A DNA stretch of 51,549 nt from Circinaria calcarea (taxonomy: Eukaryota), in the NCBI GenBank assembly GCA_051942165.1, contig JAVECS010000008.1, forward strand, positions 1 to 51,549. The letters are read 5' to 3'. Shown in pieces: positions 11,819 through 24,089 of the stretch; position 1 is the stretch's first letter, and each line of letters starts with the position of its first letter. The notes below the pieces were generated by a model. That model made no database searches, was not told where the DNA came from, and was given only the letters and a program-made list of their open reading frames with translations. The translations under genes and the position numbers were made by a program.

Positions 11819-13428
11819 TCATATCTTTCTTCTTTTTGATATGTGACGATTCGAATTAAGTTCTTCCTTTGCATGAGAACTTGTCGTGGATTCAAACGAG
11901 AGGCACTCAGCTCTCTGTTCGGTATATTGCAGGGTTGCCGCCAATATCTCTTTTTCGCCGAGCCGTATCTCAATGGCCATCCTTTGTCTGCCTTGTATCA
12001 TCTTATCTTGTAGCAACTTGACGTCCTCTGCAATAGTCGAACTATACTCTTGCTGACGTTTCCTAACTACTTCATGTAGTAGAGACAAGGCGGCAAGATC
12101 CATACTAGACTCTGCAGCATTTCTTTTTCCCTCCATTTCCTTGAAACCTGCTTCGTTAATTGTAAGCACCTTCAAAGTTATCGCGAATGCAGGATCGAAG
12201 CCGTGGTGTGATTGATTTTCATCACCAGTCTGGCGGGTTAGGTCAAAGCTTTCTTCCCATACTTCCCACTGTTGCGCAAGCTCTACCTAATTACATAGTG
12301 AGTTATCTAAAGTTTTTATATTGATGGGACAACTCACGCGGTCGCCGATCTCCAAAGCTCCCAGCTCGCCCTTTGAACTGATAATTCCAAGTATCTTGTT
12401 ACTATCGAGTTCTACCACATCCCACTTCTTATAACTATCAGTTATGTAGCCGTATCTTCTGAGTAAGTCCGATCTTGGCAAGGGGCCGAACTCATTGAGT
12501 ATTTCATCTCCTTTTGAAATTTGCTTGACAGCAGACATTATCAAACGCTGTTCGCCGTAGAAAAGACGTGCCTACAGGAAAGTCAATATCTGCTTCTTCA
12601 ACACTGGGTGCCATCCCCACCAAATGCTTACATTGTTTCTTTCGGCTTCTGCGTTGAGTAAATCTGCCAGTGGAACCATGCCTTTTGGTGGTTCATCCTC
12701 GTCGTCTGACAGAAAGCCGTCCTCATCTACGTCTTCGGGACGGTTCACTTTCTCTAGATCGAAGCCGTAGGCCATGATGAGAGTGGCCATCCGATGCGCA
12801 AGTCCAAGGAAGAAGCCTTGAGGGTCGGCGGTTCTTAACTGAACAGCAAACTCGCCGAATAATCCTCCATGTTTGATGACCAAAGGCAACAACGTCTCAA
12901 CAAACACCTTGTCAGCTTCTTCCCTACCAATCTTGGTAACTACCGCGCTGCCCTGTAGCTCTGCAAGCTCCGATCGGGTCCAGTACATCAAGGTATCGAA
13001 TTTGGTAGGAAGGATTTCCAGATAAGGCCACCATCTTGAAGCCTGCCCTTGACTGAACTCATATATCATTACGAGTACCAGTGAGAGCCACGGGTCCAGT
13101 GAGGCTAGTTCTTCGGGAATATAATGATGCAGCTCAGAATTACATGTATTAAGAACGGTGCTGTGGGGGACGGAAAAAAGCTCTTCACTTTCGTCGATAT
13201 CTTCCAGCGCAACTAGCAAGATGTTAGCATGCTTCACAAATATCCTAGTCATCAGCAAAATAGTGGAGCGAGAGTCTACTCACTGATTCCTCTGCCGGCA
13301 CCCCGAGTCCTCAGGTCTGCTATTTCAATCTTGGGATTGATGGCAGTACTTGGCTGCTGTTTGAACCATTGAATGAATGCTGCAGTTCTCCGCTGGTATT
13401 CTGCATCTGGCATGGTATGCAGTCCCAT
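11819..13428 (-). CDS. SET-domain N-lysine methyltransferase (SETD6/Rkm4-like), 4 exons; start could instead be 13413
   Basis: FIQWFKQ...DLRTRGAGRGI|VALEDI...WWPYLEILP...MVPLADLLN...GDEILNEFGPLPRSDLLRRYGY, followed by a C-terminal segment like a Rubisco-LSMT substrate-binding domain (RLGEKEIL). Confidence 0.88.
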
Positions 13429-13726
13429 CAAGCTCCATAAAAAGAAGATTGACGGAGACGATGGCTGGGAATTCGGAGTTGTGTGGGATACCTGCCCGGG
13501 CTGCGGGCATACAAATTAGCTACTTGGCCCGAGCTTTTAGCATGGCTCTAGTTCCGATAGGCGATTAGTCAGTGGGGTTTATCCGTGTCACGACAATAAA
13601 TGATAGATATCTAACGGCTTAGATTCAAATCTCTTTCGGAACATCAACAAATTCTCATAGGAGAATAATGATAGACCGTACACTGAGTGAACAGTTCAAA
13701 AATCCCGCACTAATTTGATTCCCGCG

Positions 13727-14829
13727 ATGATCGCTCTCGGCCTCGAAGGATCCGCCAACAAACTCGGTGTAGGCATCATCTTGCACCCAGCCAAAGGCGG
13801 TCCTGCGCGAATTCTCAGCAATATAAGAAACACCTACGTATCGCCACCAGGTACAGGGTTTCTCCCCAAAGATACCGCGAAACACCATCGGGCATGGATC
13901 ACCAAGCTGGTCAAGAAGGCGTTGAACGAGGCGGGTATAACAGTCAAGGACATAGATTGTATATGCTATACCAAGGGGCCGGGCATGGGTGCCCCACTCC
14001 AGAGCGTGGCTATTGCTGCGAGAACCCTCAGCCTTTTGTGGGGAATAGAGCTTGTGGGCGTAAATCATTGCGTTGGTCGTGGGTTCACACAGCACAATTA
14101 CACATTGTAGTCACTGAGGTTCGAATAGACATTGAGATGGGTAGAGAAATCACCTTTGCGCAAAACCCGGTTGTGCTGTATGTCTCCGGTGGGAACACCC
14201 AAGTGATTGCATACGCGTCGCAACGGTATCGGATCTTTGGGGAAGCCCTCGACATAGCGGTTGGAAACTGTCTCGACCGATTTGCGCGGACACTCGGTAT
14301 CTCGAACGATCCAGCACCAGGATATAACATTGAGCAAATGGCAAAGAACGGTCGGCATTTACTAGATCTCCCTTATGCCGTGAAGGGCATGGATTGCAGC
14401 TTTTCTGGAATCCTTGCAAGCATTGACATTCTCGCCGAGAAACTCGAGCAGGGATCCAGGGAATGGAAGGACGAAGGCACCGGGGAACTCATCACCAGGG
14501 AGGATCTGTGCTTCAGTCTGCAGGAGACGGTGTTTGCCATGCTTGTCGAGATCACCGAGAGAGCGATGGCGCATGTTGGGTCGAGTCAGGTTTTGATCGT
14601 CGGAGGAGTAGGGTCCAATGAACGATTACAAGAAATGATGGGCATGATGGCTAAAGATAGGGGAGGGAGTGTATTTGCTACTGATGAGAGATTTTGCATA
14701 GACAATGGCATCATGATTGCTCACGCAGGACTGTTGGCTTATCGCACGGGCTTCACAACACCTTTGGCAGAAAGTACGTGTACGCAAAGATTCAGAACTG
14801 ATGAGGTCTTTGTAAAATGGAGAGAATGA
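13727..14829 (+). CDS. KAE1: tRNA N6-threonylcarbamoyladenosine (t6A) transferase, KEOPS subunit, 2 exons
   Basis: [37 protein letters not shown] (intron 14079-14129), [22 protein letters not shown] and QRFRTDEV. Confidence 0.97.
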
Positions 14830-15042
14830 CGATACCACAAGCCGAGGACGCTGAGAATGACATCTGGTGAACTCGTTTTATACACAAGCTATGAAGTGTG
14901 TACTACTCTCTATAGCTTAACCAAACGATCTCGTAAGTTTTACCCGGGGAAGTCAAAGTCCACGCAGGTCATCATTTAGAGGGCTACCACTCCTATCTAC
15001 ACTTCTTAATCAATGTTAGAAGTATCTGGATGCCTACTTCTT

Positions 15043-16750
15043 TCATTCGCCGTCACTTATATTTGTCGGCCTATACATAATAGTAGTAAGGAACTATATA
15101 GGGATTAGCATTCATAGAATATCATCCTAGCTTCTATTAGACTAACCTTGCGCTTGTATCTGGTGGTAAGGGCAGTAGCAAGAACTTCATTTTTAATGCT
15201 ACTAGTGGAAAGATGGTTCAGTACCGTATGATTGGGCATGTTGAGAACACTGGCATCATCTTTCATTGGTGTAGTCCCGTTGAGAATAGACTTGCCAAGG
15301 AAGAGAGGAAGAGTGGGCGGCGCTGGAATGTCTGTCACAATGGTTGCAGCACGTTGGAATCGATTGGATTTCTCGTCACGATCGAGATCTAGGAGATACT
15401 CTGGGTACGCATCACCGTAATAAAGCGGCTCGGGAGGTTGATCTCCCTCAGCTGCTTGAGTGCCGCCTACAGAGTCTGGAGCATGGTCCTTGGCCTCGAT
15501 ATCTGGGGGCAGTACTTGAGGTGGATAAACACCCTCAGGCACTGAATCTTTGTCATACGGTTCCTTGGGTATGTCATCTGCGCTCACTTCTATATAGTTC
15601 ACCAGGATGTTGGTGTAGTCGACTGCGGTGGGAAGCTCGTTGGAGAGCTGCATGTCTCCATCCACGATAAACTTGACATGATGAGTCCCAGGCGGGAGCT
15701 CGAGAGTGGTCGAGAGGACATTGGACTTGGGGCTAGAAATGACCAAGTCAGTGTCAACCTGGTTGACTCGAATATCGAATGATAAGCGTCTCGAAGTAGG
15801 CAAGTAATGCATGAGACATAGGAAATACATCGACGTTGCGGTTGGAACCCATGACAGAGTCTGCGGCGGAAAGATGCATAGAACCATGGATCTTTGCATA
15901 CCTCGAGACATGTCTCACGTGACTAAACAGAAATGTGGAGGCAAGCTTACTCTCGATGCATGCGATACTTTCTACTCCAAGAAGCAAAAGTACCCGTCAC
16001 ATAGACCTTTTCCCCCTTCTGCTTCCACTCCACCAAAGTCGGCACTGTCTTACCCCTCGAGCCGTCCAATCCGTACTGTTGCAGTTCATCATCAATGTCA
16101 TCATCATCGAGAGTAGTACTGCTGAGAATTGAGGTCCGACGTGGAAGATTCCCCTCGTCGTTGTACTCCTGTAGCGCTGTCGACAGATCCGCCGGGGAGA
16201 TGATTGGGGAACCAGGGGTGTATATCTCTTCTTCGATGGGCAATGGCAACCGAGGTGGAAAATTCAAATTCGAATGTGGTATGTAGTTGAGATCACGGGG
16301 CGGACCGGAGGGCTCGAACTGAGAGTCGGGCCCACGTTGCCGGCGGCCCTCAGCACTCCGTGGTACGGAGACTGGGTTGGACTGCTCCTCTTCTCCCTCG
16401 CGTCTTCTTATGTCTTGCTTGTCCCTCCACTGCTGGTGCGACTGTGCATTGCCCATCCTGTCATCTCTTTTGGATCGGTACCCTGGTGAAGAATCGATGG
16501 AGGATGTTTGATGGTGGTGAGAGGGCCGGGGAGAGGCAATGTGTGACGAAGTGGATGGACTCTGGGACGAAGGCAGCGGCAGTGAATTGGAGGTGGAGTC
16601 GGTGGAAGGTGTTGGGGTTGCAGTGCTGACTGATTGCGTGGAGCCCCGCCGCGCTGGCTCTCTCCGACGAGATGAGTAAGGATTGTGATGTGAAGCTGCC
16701 GCAGGAGAGGAAGGCGCGCCGCCTGCGGGCTTCGAGGGGTTATTCCCCAT
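15043..16750 (-). CDS. Snf1/AMPK kinase beta subunit (Gal83/Sip2-like), 3 exons
   Basis: N-terminal MGNNPS myristoylation motif. Glycogen-binding domain VYVTGTFASW...HHVKFIVDG and ASC domain PNHTVLNHL...RYKRK|FLTTIMYRP. Introns at 15733-15950 and about 15095-15147. Confidence 0.92.
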
Positions 16751-17148
16751 TCCGGAATGCCTTCAAGGCAGCCGATGGTGAATACCCAGAACTAAATATT
16801 TCTCCGGTCGAGACTAGACGGTAAGAATAAGCGTACAAACGGTGACTGGATGATTGTACAACGCTCGTGATCGTCAGCAGGGAATAATAGAATACCTAAA
16901 GAACAATCATCGAGTCGAGGAAGTTTGAAGCTGTCCCTTTTAATCCCCACAGATCAAAGATCGACAGCTAAGAGGGAGTTGCATGAGAACCCTGATGCCG
17001 TCTAAAAATACATAACATAGTAATGGACCCTATTAACGATCATCAATCTTGGTTTAGGTCACCGGTGCCATATATTGAATAGGTACATACACTGTAATTG
17101 AAAGGCAATTACAGTATTTATGAGTGAACTCGCTCGCATCTGAGGCTC

Positions 17149-17699
17149 ATGTCTATCTTAGCAACCTCCCTTGGTACCGTGTGCTACCCGTTCATCCTGC
17201 TTGCCAGAGGAATCCTGTTCCTATTCCTTTTCATTTCGGCTCCATTTTCGCATCTTGTTCACTACGTCCTCTACGCGCTTTGGTGGCCCTGGACTTTCAT
17301 GGCAAGATTCGAGGTAGGCTCTTAGCGAATCTCTGTTGTCTTCTGACTAAATGCCCGCAGACCCTCTATATCTATTTCAGTGTCGCAATCCTTGTTGGCG
17401 TCTTTGCCGGCGCATCACTGCACTATTCCATCAACTATATAGTCACCTCACTCAAGCTTGACGCCACGCCAAAGGGAAGCGGGAGATCCCTTGTCACGTA
17501 CAGGGCTCAGAAGGCGGAAAGAAGGGCACGGAAAGCTGCCCGTTTTCTGGCTAATGTGGGCGGCCGACAGACTATGCATGATGGGAGCGTTAGAGAGCAG
17601 CATTCTGAATGGTCGAAGCAAAATCGAGGACTCGGCACCAGAGGTTTACTGTCGACTACCATAATAGAGGAAGACGACAGCTCAGAGACTGGATTCTAG
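17149..17699 (+). CDS. Uncharacterised small membrane protein (2-3 hydrophobic segments, acidic C-terminal motif), 2 exons
   Basis: MSILATSLGTVCYPFILLARGILFLFLFISAPF...ARFE|TLYIYFSVAILVGVFAG...GLLSTTIIEEDDSSETGF*. A clean GT-AG intron at 17314-17360 has a CTAAA/CTGAC branch region. Confidence 0.75.
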
Positions 17700-17917
17700 A
17701 CGCCTTTGGGAATTGTAAACTGTACATCTCGTACGCCTGATGAGAAAAACAGGTGCAGACACGTGCAAAGATTCAGCCCTCCACTGCGATGTCTTTACAT
17801 GCACTTTCTTTCCTATGATGATTGAGATTCAACCAGTCCCTTTACGCCTAAGCCTTAACACCGTTCCGACGCCATTTAAGCCGTTAGACTTGCCCCATGG
17901 TATCATTGTGGGTCTCC

Positions 17918-18480
17918 CTAGTCTGCAGAAGAACATCCCCGACAGCCGCAACTGACACATTCAATGGTTTGGTCCTCTTTCAATTGTACCTTTGGCACAC
18001 GGCATATGCATGTTGCGTTGAAATTCGTTTCTTTGGTTTGTATGCAACGCAAACAACATAACTAAAATCATCATTGGTCAACTGGCGTGTGCTGGGTGAA
18101 AGGAGAGGCGCTTGCACACCTTTTCGTAGCCCTGCTTCTTCCATTTTGCAATGAGGTTCCCGTCGGCGTACCCATTCTTGAGTAACCAGTCATAGAGTTG
18201 TTTTGATATTGCCTCCTTGTCGTAGTAGAGATCGTAGATATATCTGGAGCCTTAGTGTGTAAATGTCTCAGCAGATGTCCAAGGTGGATCCGTACAATAA
18301 ATACTTACGTTGATGACTTATCTGGAATATTGGCCAAAGAACCTCGTGTCTCTTCTTTCCTTCATGCGAAGAGTTTTCAGCATCTTTCATTTTATTGCTG
18401 AATTCCAACAGCGTGTCTTCTATATCGTCAAAGCCATCAGGAGGAGGTTTGCGATTACGCGCAGAGCGTATGGGCGGCAT
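17918..18480 (-). CDS. BUD31: Spliceosomal protein Bud31/Cwf14 (G10 family), 3 exons
   Basis: [24 protein letters not shown]...[20 protein letters not shown]...[14 protein letters not shown]...CICRVPK...[13 protein letters not shown]. Confidence 0.95.
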
Positions 18481-18719
18481 GGCTCCCTGTACTCCTGCAC
18501 AGCACACTGGTTGATAAGATTCCTTGGAGTATCGTTGTATGCGATGCGCGTGGATGTTGTGTGAAGCTAATGACGACGATTTGTTGCAAGAGGCCCTTGT
18601 ACCTAAGATCAGCCCTACGGCACTGGTGAATTCGAGGCGGAGGAACCTTGACGTCCGCTCGCTAATTTGTTAGATAAGAAAGCTCCTCTTCTAGACCTCA
18701 CCGGTGGGACTTCAACATA

Positions 18720-19368
18720 ATGGTTATCAATCCAACGTACTTAGCTCAGCGCACACGTTCTTGTAAGTGGATTCAGGATTTGTGAGACGTTCGAGAAGCT
18801 TTGCTCACATGGACAGCGGTGAGCTGGCAAGACGCGAAGCGGAGAGTAATGAAATCTTACCGGCAATGGCTGCGGGCTGTGAGTCAGCCACTTGGTCCTT
18901 ACTCAACCGGAGCTAATACATTGATACTGATAGGCACCGGAGATACAGCAGATGTACTCCCTTAACCAGCCTGTATCGGAACTTCGGACCAAAATACGCC
19001 AGGAATTCGAGCGGCATAGATACGTTGGCCAGCTTCCAGTAGTGGATATGCTTATATTCCAAAGTCACGCGGAATTCCAGGTATTGTTTACAACAGAGTT
19101 CACATGCCACAAAGCGAGATGAATGACGAATCGCCCGGGGGATGAATGATTCAGACATGGGAAGGGTGCTAACTCTAGGTCCCTGCGCAGGAAACCCTCA
19201 ACTATTGGAAGCAAACACCTCATATTATGAAGTACTTCCGGGCCGACGAAGATCCCACAGCAAAGCTTCCACAGAATTTCATGACCAGCTTTCTGGAGGT
19301 ACTTATTCATTCCATTCCTGATATCAATTAGGGCCATCAGCTAACGCAGCATTCAGGGTAGAAATTAG
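18720..19368 (+). CDS. NDUFA6: Complex I accessory subunit NDUFA6 (14.8 kDa/B14, LYR family), 5 exons; not in the ORF track
   Basis: Manual splicing gives [45 protein letters not shown]...[12 protein letters not shown]...[19 protein letters not shown]...FLE|GRN*. All introns are GT-AG. Confidence 0.93.
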
Positions 19369-19495
19369 GCGCTTATGGTCTCTCCTGGCGTTCGTAATGT
19401 CATATGTACATATCAAAGCACCTAATCAAGGACGCCGGACTCGCATTGCCATGCTGCTGGCAATACTCAAACACCCTCACGGTTATCTCTATTGG

Positions 19496-20074
19496 TCACG
19501 CCTGACGAGGAAATGCATCTCTGGCCGTCGTAAACTTCTCTGTAACGACATCGCAGAGAGCCGCCAAGTCGTCAAACCCCTTTTCTAGAGCATCATAGAC
19601 CGTTGTCCCTGCTTTCCTTGACAGTCAGAAACCGGGCTATCCCGAGTTTTGGTCGTATGGCATGATGTTTACCGTAGGTCTGAATCCTGACGTTCATTTT
19701 GGCCTCTGATGGATGAGGTATGGAGTATCCACAGAACTCAACGTCGGGACTGTCGGCCAGTGCTTAGCGTAATGCCAGAAGATAACGGACAAACGAGTTA
19801 TGGGTAGGCACTTTTTCATAATCATGTAACGCAGGGCATTGCCTAGAGTGTGATCTTCACTTTCGAATTCAAACGAGGCAGCCGTTTCACTAGCACCCGG
19901 CAGCTATACAAGATCTTAGTGGCTTCATGACACAGGGTTCGAAGCAGGGAGACTGACAACTCGGATGCGCTGAGTTCCAATATCTATTCGACCATTGGTG
20001 ACTTCTGTATGTACACTTCCACTTGCGGACGCGTCTGGCATCGGTTGGTCTTGCGACGACCGACCTGAAGGCAT
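19496..20074 (-). CDS. RPC19: RNA polymerase I/III shared subunit AC19 (RPAC2), 4 exons; not in the ORF track
   Basis: MPSGRSS...[61 protein letters not shown]|(A)[26 protein letters not shown]...*, with the Rpb11/AC19 signature EDHTLGN...GYSIPHP. Confidence 0.95.
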
Positions 20075-21826
20075 TTTGCTCTGATGGTCTTCGATAATCC
20101 GTACGGAGTATCGAAGACTATCCTTTCGGAAGGATTTTTGTTCCTGTCTCGCTTAATTTTCCCTTCAGCCCTATCATAAATCTACCACAAGTGTCACGTG
20201 TTCGTTGATCGTTGTTTAACATGCGGTGCCCAATCAGTCTGTACCACTGCTCCGGACTTCTGTGATAGATGCCGTATAAACGCGCCGTTTGCCAGTCTTC
20301 CTTCCGCTCGACATGAGCGTCTGTATCCGCTCTGGTGATCTCTATCGACATTAATGTCAACGGGAAGCCTACGGTATAAGCGCGCATTGTGTGCATGTTG
20401 ATGATAACTCGTGCAGGAGCAATGGTTGGGTAAACTGAGCTCGGAGATCTTACTGTATCGAGCACGAATTCGGCGATCGGTAAAATTCCGTACATGCGCG
20501 CCTTTGTAGCGTTGTAGCACAAGTGTTCGCAGGGCCTGACTCTAAGAACCTGGGCAGATGGATCTTCTCGATTCGGTACATGTTTGACCAAGGTAGGTCG
20601 ACTACATGTATGTTGGCTTGCTCCAATTAACGATACGAAGGTACATGTACTTTGAGACATTAGTCGTTCGACTAGTCCCTCGAGTGCATGAGGAGAATAA
20701 GCAGCGCCCATCTCACAATCAGACTCGCTGAGATCGTTATTAGCAGATGGATCGAGGGTTTCATCGGTTACTCCGCATCCTTCTTGTCTCTACAAGCGCC
20801 AACTCCACTGCGGAGAAGGCAGCTTCTGAATTGGCAGCCATTGGAAGCGGCGAACCCAGGCCGACAATTAGCACTGTTACCCCGTATCTGATGCTCGAAA
20901 TACGCCATGTATGCTAATCAGTTCAACAGCCATAACGGGGTAGGGAAGTACATCGGACCGACAAAGGGCTAAAGCCACTCATGCTGTGGTCACTCCGTTG
21001 TCTACATATCGATGCATGCATGCGCCTACAATAGTACTAGCATGCCGATAGGGTCCTCGCCCGAATGAGAGTGTGCCAGCTGAACAGATGTTGGCAAAAA
21101 CCGTTGTGTACTAGTATGAACATATGTGTCAGGTCGCCTTTTGGTGCGGGAATCGAAACAGGGGACGAAGGGGGCGATCATCAAGCCTTCGGCCCTTCGT
21201 GTAGGCAGTCCTGCGATAGAGCTGGAGCAGAGAATGTGGTTTTCAGCCTCAGGACTGGCTCCAAAGCAAGAGAGCGAGAGAATCGGACTAGATCAGGGGA
21301 AAAGTATTTAGTGTTCTGGTATATACTACTCAAGCCCGAGCTGAGCTTCAGGGGCATGGAATACAGTACCTTGTTATTAATTACCATCCCAATCTAACTG
21401 AAAGTAAAAGCTCTCGAAACACCCATCTGGAAATCTGACACACGAGGCTAATCCCCATAGCCGCACTCAAGCACCCCTCGATCTCGACCTGCCTACATTT
21501 CCTTTATCCTCTCCCACCACGTCGGCAGTCTTGTTCACGAGTCACGAGGATTGTGTCGTCGAACTCGACTGCTGCTGCAGAAGTCGAGTGTTATACCTTG
21601 TGCGACCGACACCAGGGAGGTTGAGGGGCCTTTGGGCAACAACCCAGGCTTTACGTGATACTCTCCGTCGTGGCCCGATCATTCATCTCAAGAGAAATCA
21701 AACCCAAGCGACCAGGTACTGTCTAAATAGAAGCCGTCGATCGTGCAAGTATCAAGCTTGACGGTCTGGCTTCGCCTCAATCCTTATTGACTACGACTGT
21801 CTCGAAACGACGATTCCAGAAACGAC

Positions 21827-23283
21827 ATGTCGACAGCGGTCGCGTCTATCGCAGCACCGCTAGGCCCACCACGTTCACAGCACGATGCTAGTCCCAAATC
21901 CACCTATCCAGCTCTGGCTCCCTCGAACAATGTAATGAATTCCAACGAACGGAATACCTCCGCCACTCCTAGCGCTCCGGTTGTGATCAGTGAAGGTGCG
22001 GCGCAGCGGAAGATCACACCAGATGGAAAGCGTTCTCCTCATTCGTGAGTTGATGTTCATTTTCTCTTCTCTCGATAAGGACTTCAGTGTGAGAGTAACC
22101 TAACATGACGGTCAGATCAAGGCATCCACCGAAGATAATTGTCAAAAAGGAACCACCATCTTCGCCAGAGGTCCCTGTCACCTCGCGGCATCGACCCCGA
22201 AAGCTTGATCTGTCATCGAGCACCCCTCAGAGCCAAGGGTCTATGACCTCACGTCCCTCAGCGCCCTTGACCGCGAGAGACAGCGGAAGTCTGGGAATGC
22301 ACGATGTCGGATTGGCCTGCTTGTCGCCCGGTTTCCAGACGCAAGATCCTAATATGCGGGAACAATTACAGCGCAGTATTTCCGTTCGCGACCAGCAACG
22401 ACATATAATCGAATCCCGCTTGCAAAAAACCGCCAGGCCCACTGAGAGTGGAGGCGATCGGCCTTCCGAGCTTAACCCCTTCAGTTCGGGCTTGAAAACC
22501 CCGTCAACATCAAAGAAGAGGCCTCCTCCAGGCCTATCGATTGTTCCACCATCGCACGAACAATTTGCCAACGAGCGAGTCATTCAATCAGCACCTCTAC
22601 ACCAAAGCTTCACGGGCAGACATCAGGCTCATCCGCTGACCCGTCATATTGCCAATCAACCGTCGAACCTCTCTAATACTTCGCATATACACCACGTACC
22701 GGCGCCACAGACCAACAACCGCCTCCCACCTATCGCCGATGTCTTCGCCGGAGAGGGCCTTGGAATCAGTAGAGAGAATGCTAATCGCAATGGCTTTTAC
22801 CACTCGAATTCAACTTCTAACTCGTCACATTCAAATCACCACCCTACCTTCCCATCTCCCGGCCTCCCGCCTCCTACCTCTCACCAAGCGCCTCCGAGCA
22901 GTCGTCCACGCGAATATCGTTCCGCTGAAGAAGCTGTCGCAGAAATGGCCGGTGGTCGTGAAGAGCTACTTCCGAAAATCGTCCACTACGGAGGACACCA
23001 GCCGCCTACTCCACCTTCTCCGCCATCGGGCCACGGCCTAACACCCAACAGGCCGGCTCATCATCACCATACCCACAGCGAGGCCGCGAACCGAAGTGGA
23101 AGTGGGCGAAGGAGAAACAGAGCAGAGTACGAGCGCGACATGGGAACGCCGCCTTTGGGAAGCGGGCCGGAGCCTAGGAGAGGACCCTTTGGGGAGGGTA
23201 GGGATAGTCCCGAGAGTCAGAAAAAGAAGAAAGAAGAGTTTTTGGGCTTGTGCGCCAGGGCCTGGGATTTGTTCCATAACTAA
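21827..23283 (+). CDS. Uncharacterised Ser/Pro/His-rich protein with candidate MAPK docking motifs (possibly Dig1-like), 2 exons
   Basis: A phase-compatible GT-AG intron at 22045-22115 joins the 73-aa and 392-aa ORFs. Ordered-looking blocks: DVGLACLSPGF, LQRSISVRDQQRHIIE, GGREELLPKIVHYGG and EFLGLCARAWDLFH. Confidence 0.8.
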
Positions 23284-24089
23284 TCCTTGCTGGCGTGTGG
23301 AAAACTGATCGAGATGAGATGGAAGCTGGAGTTCTGGAGCCGACTTCAGGGCTGGCTGTCTGTCTGTGTTCGTTGTTTTCTTCGCCATTATGATATATCT
23401 TCTTCTCCACTATCTTTATCTCATCTAATAGGATTTTCAGCTATGGCGCTTGGCGGTGTGGAGGGCGATCCGTTCTCCGGTTTTCTTGCAGCTGATTTTA
23501 AGTAAAGTTAGACACTGCTGGAGCTAGCTGGGCGATCAGAAAGGCGTGACCTATGGATAGGCTGACGTGAACGCTGGCTAGGCATGGATACATATAGGCT
23601 CGGGATGGTCGAGGTGTATTAGCAGCTTCGGTGCTCGGAGGAATTTAATGGATATTTTGCCTTGGTGCGATGGAACAGCTGTGCTCTGTTGCAGAGCAGA
23701 GAATGCTGTTAGTCATCAATCGGCATCGATACCTTTGTGCTCGAAAGACTTGGACCGCGCCACGGATAGCTCCTTCGACGATGCCGGCTCCCAAGTACAT
23801 TGCCCATCAAGAGATGACCCCTGCAAATTCAATGAAGATGCAGGGCAATCACTGTGCTGCACCCAGAATATGAGTAAAGCCAACTATGTATATTCGAGGT
23901 TCCCACAATCAGTCGACGGCGCTTCACCGTTCCCCTTACCCTGTACCTTAGCCGGTAGTCTTCCAATGTGAACGATCCAGACTACCCACTCACTCACGAC
24001 AGCTGGTCTGGAAAGCAAAGCTAATACCGGAAAATGCCTCGCACTCTCGACTTCGTAACCCATACCCTGTGCCTATTTCGCTCATGCTC

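Noticed and set aside
18913..19337. Minus-strand ORFs of 81 and 90 aa that looked like a degenerate gene
   Set aside because: They are antisense shadows of the spliced NDUFA6 gene.
20118..20711. 197-aa minus-strand ORF upstream of RPC19
   Set aside because: No recognisable motif, and it runs through the RPC19 core promoter. Probably a chance ORF.
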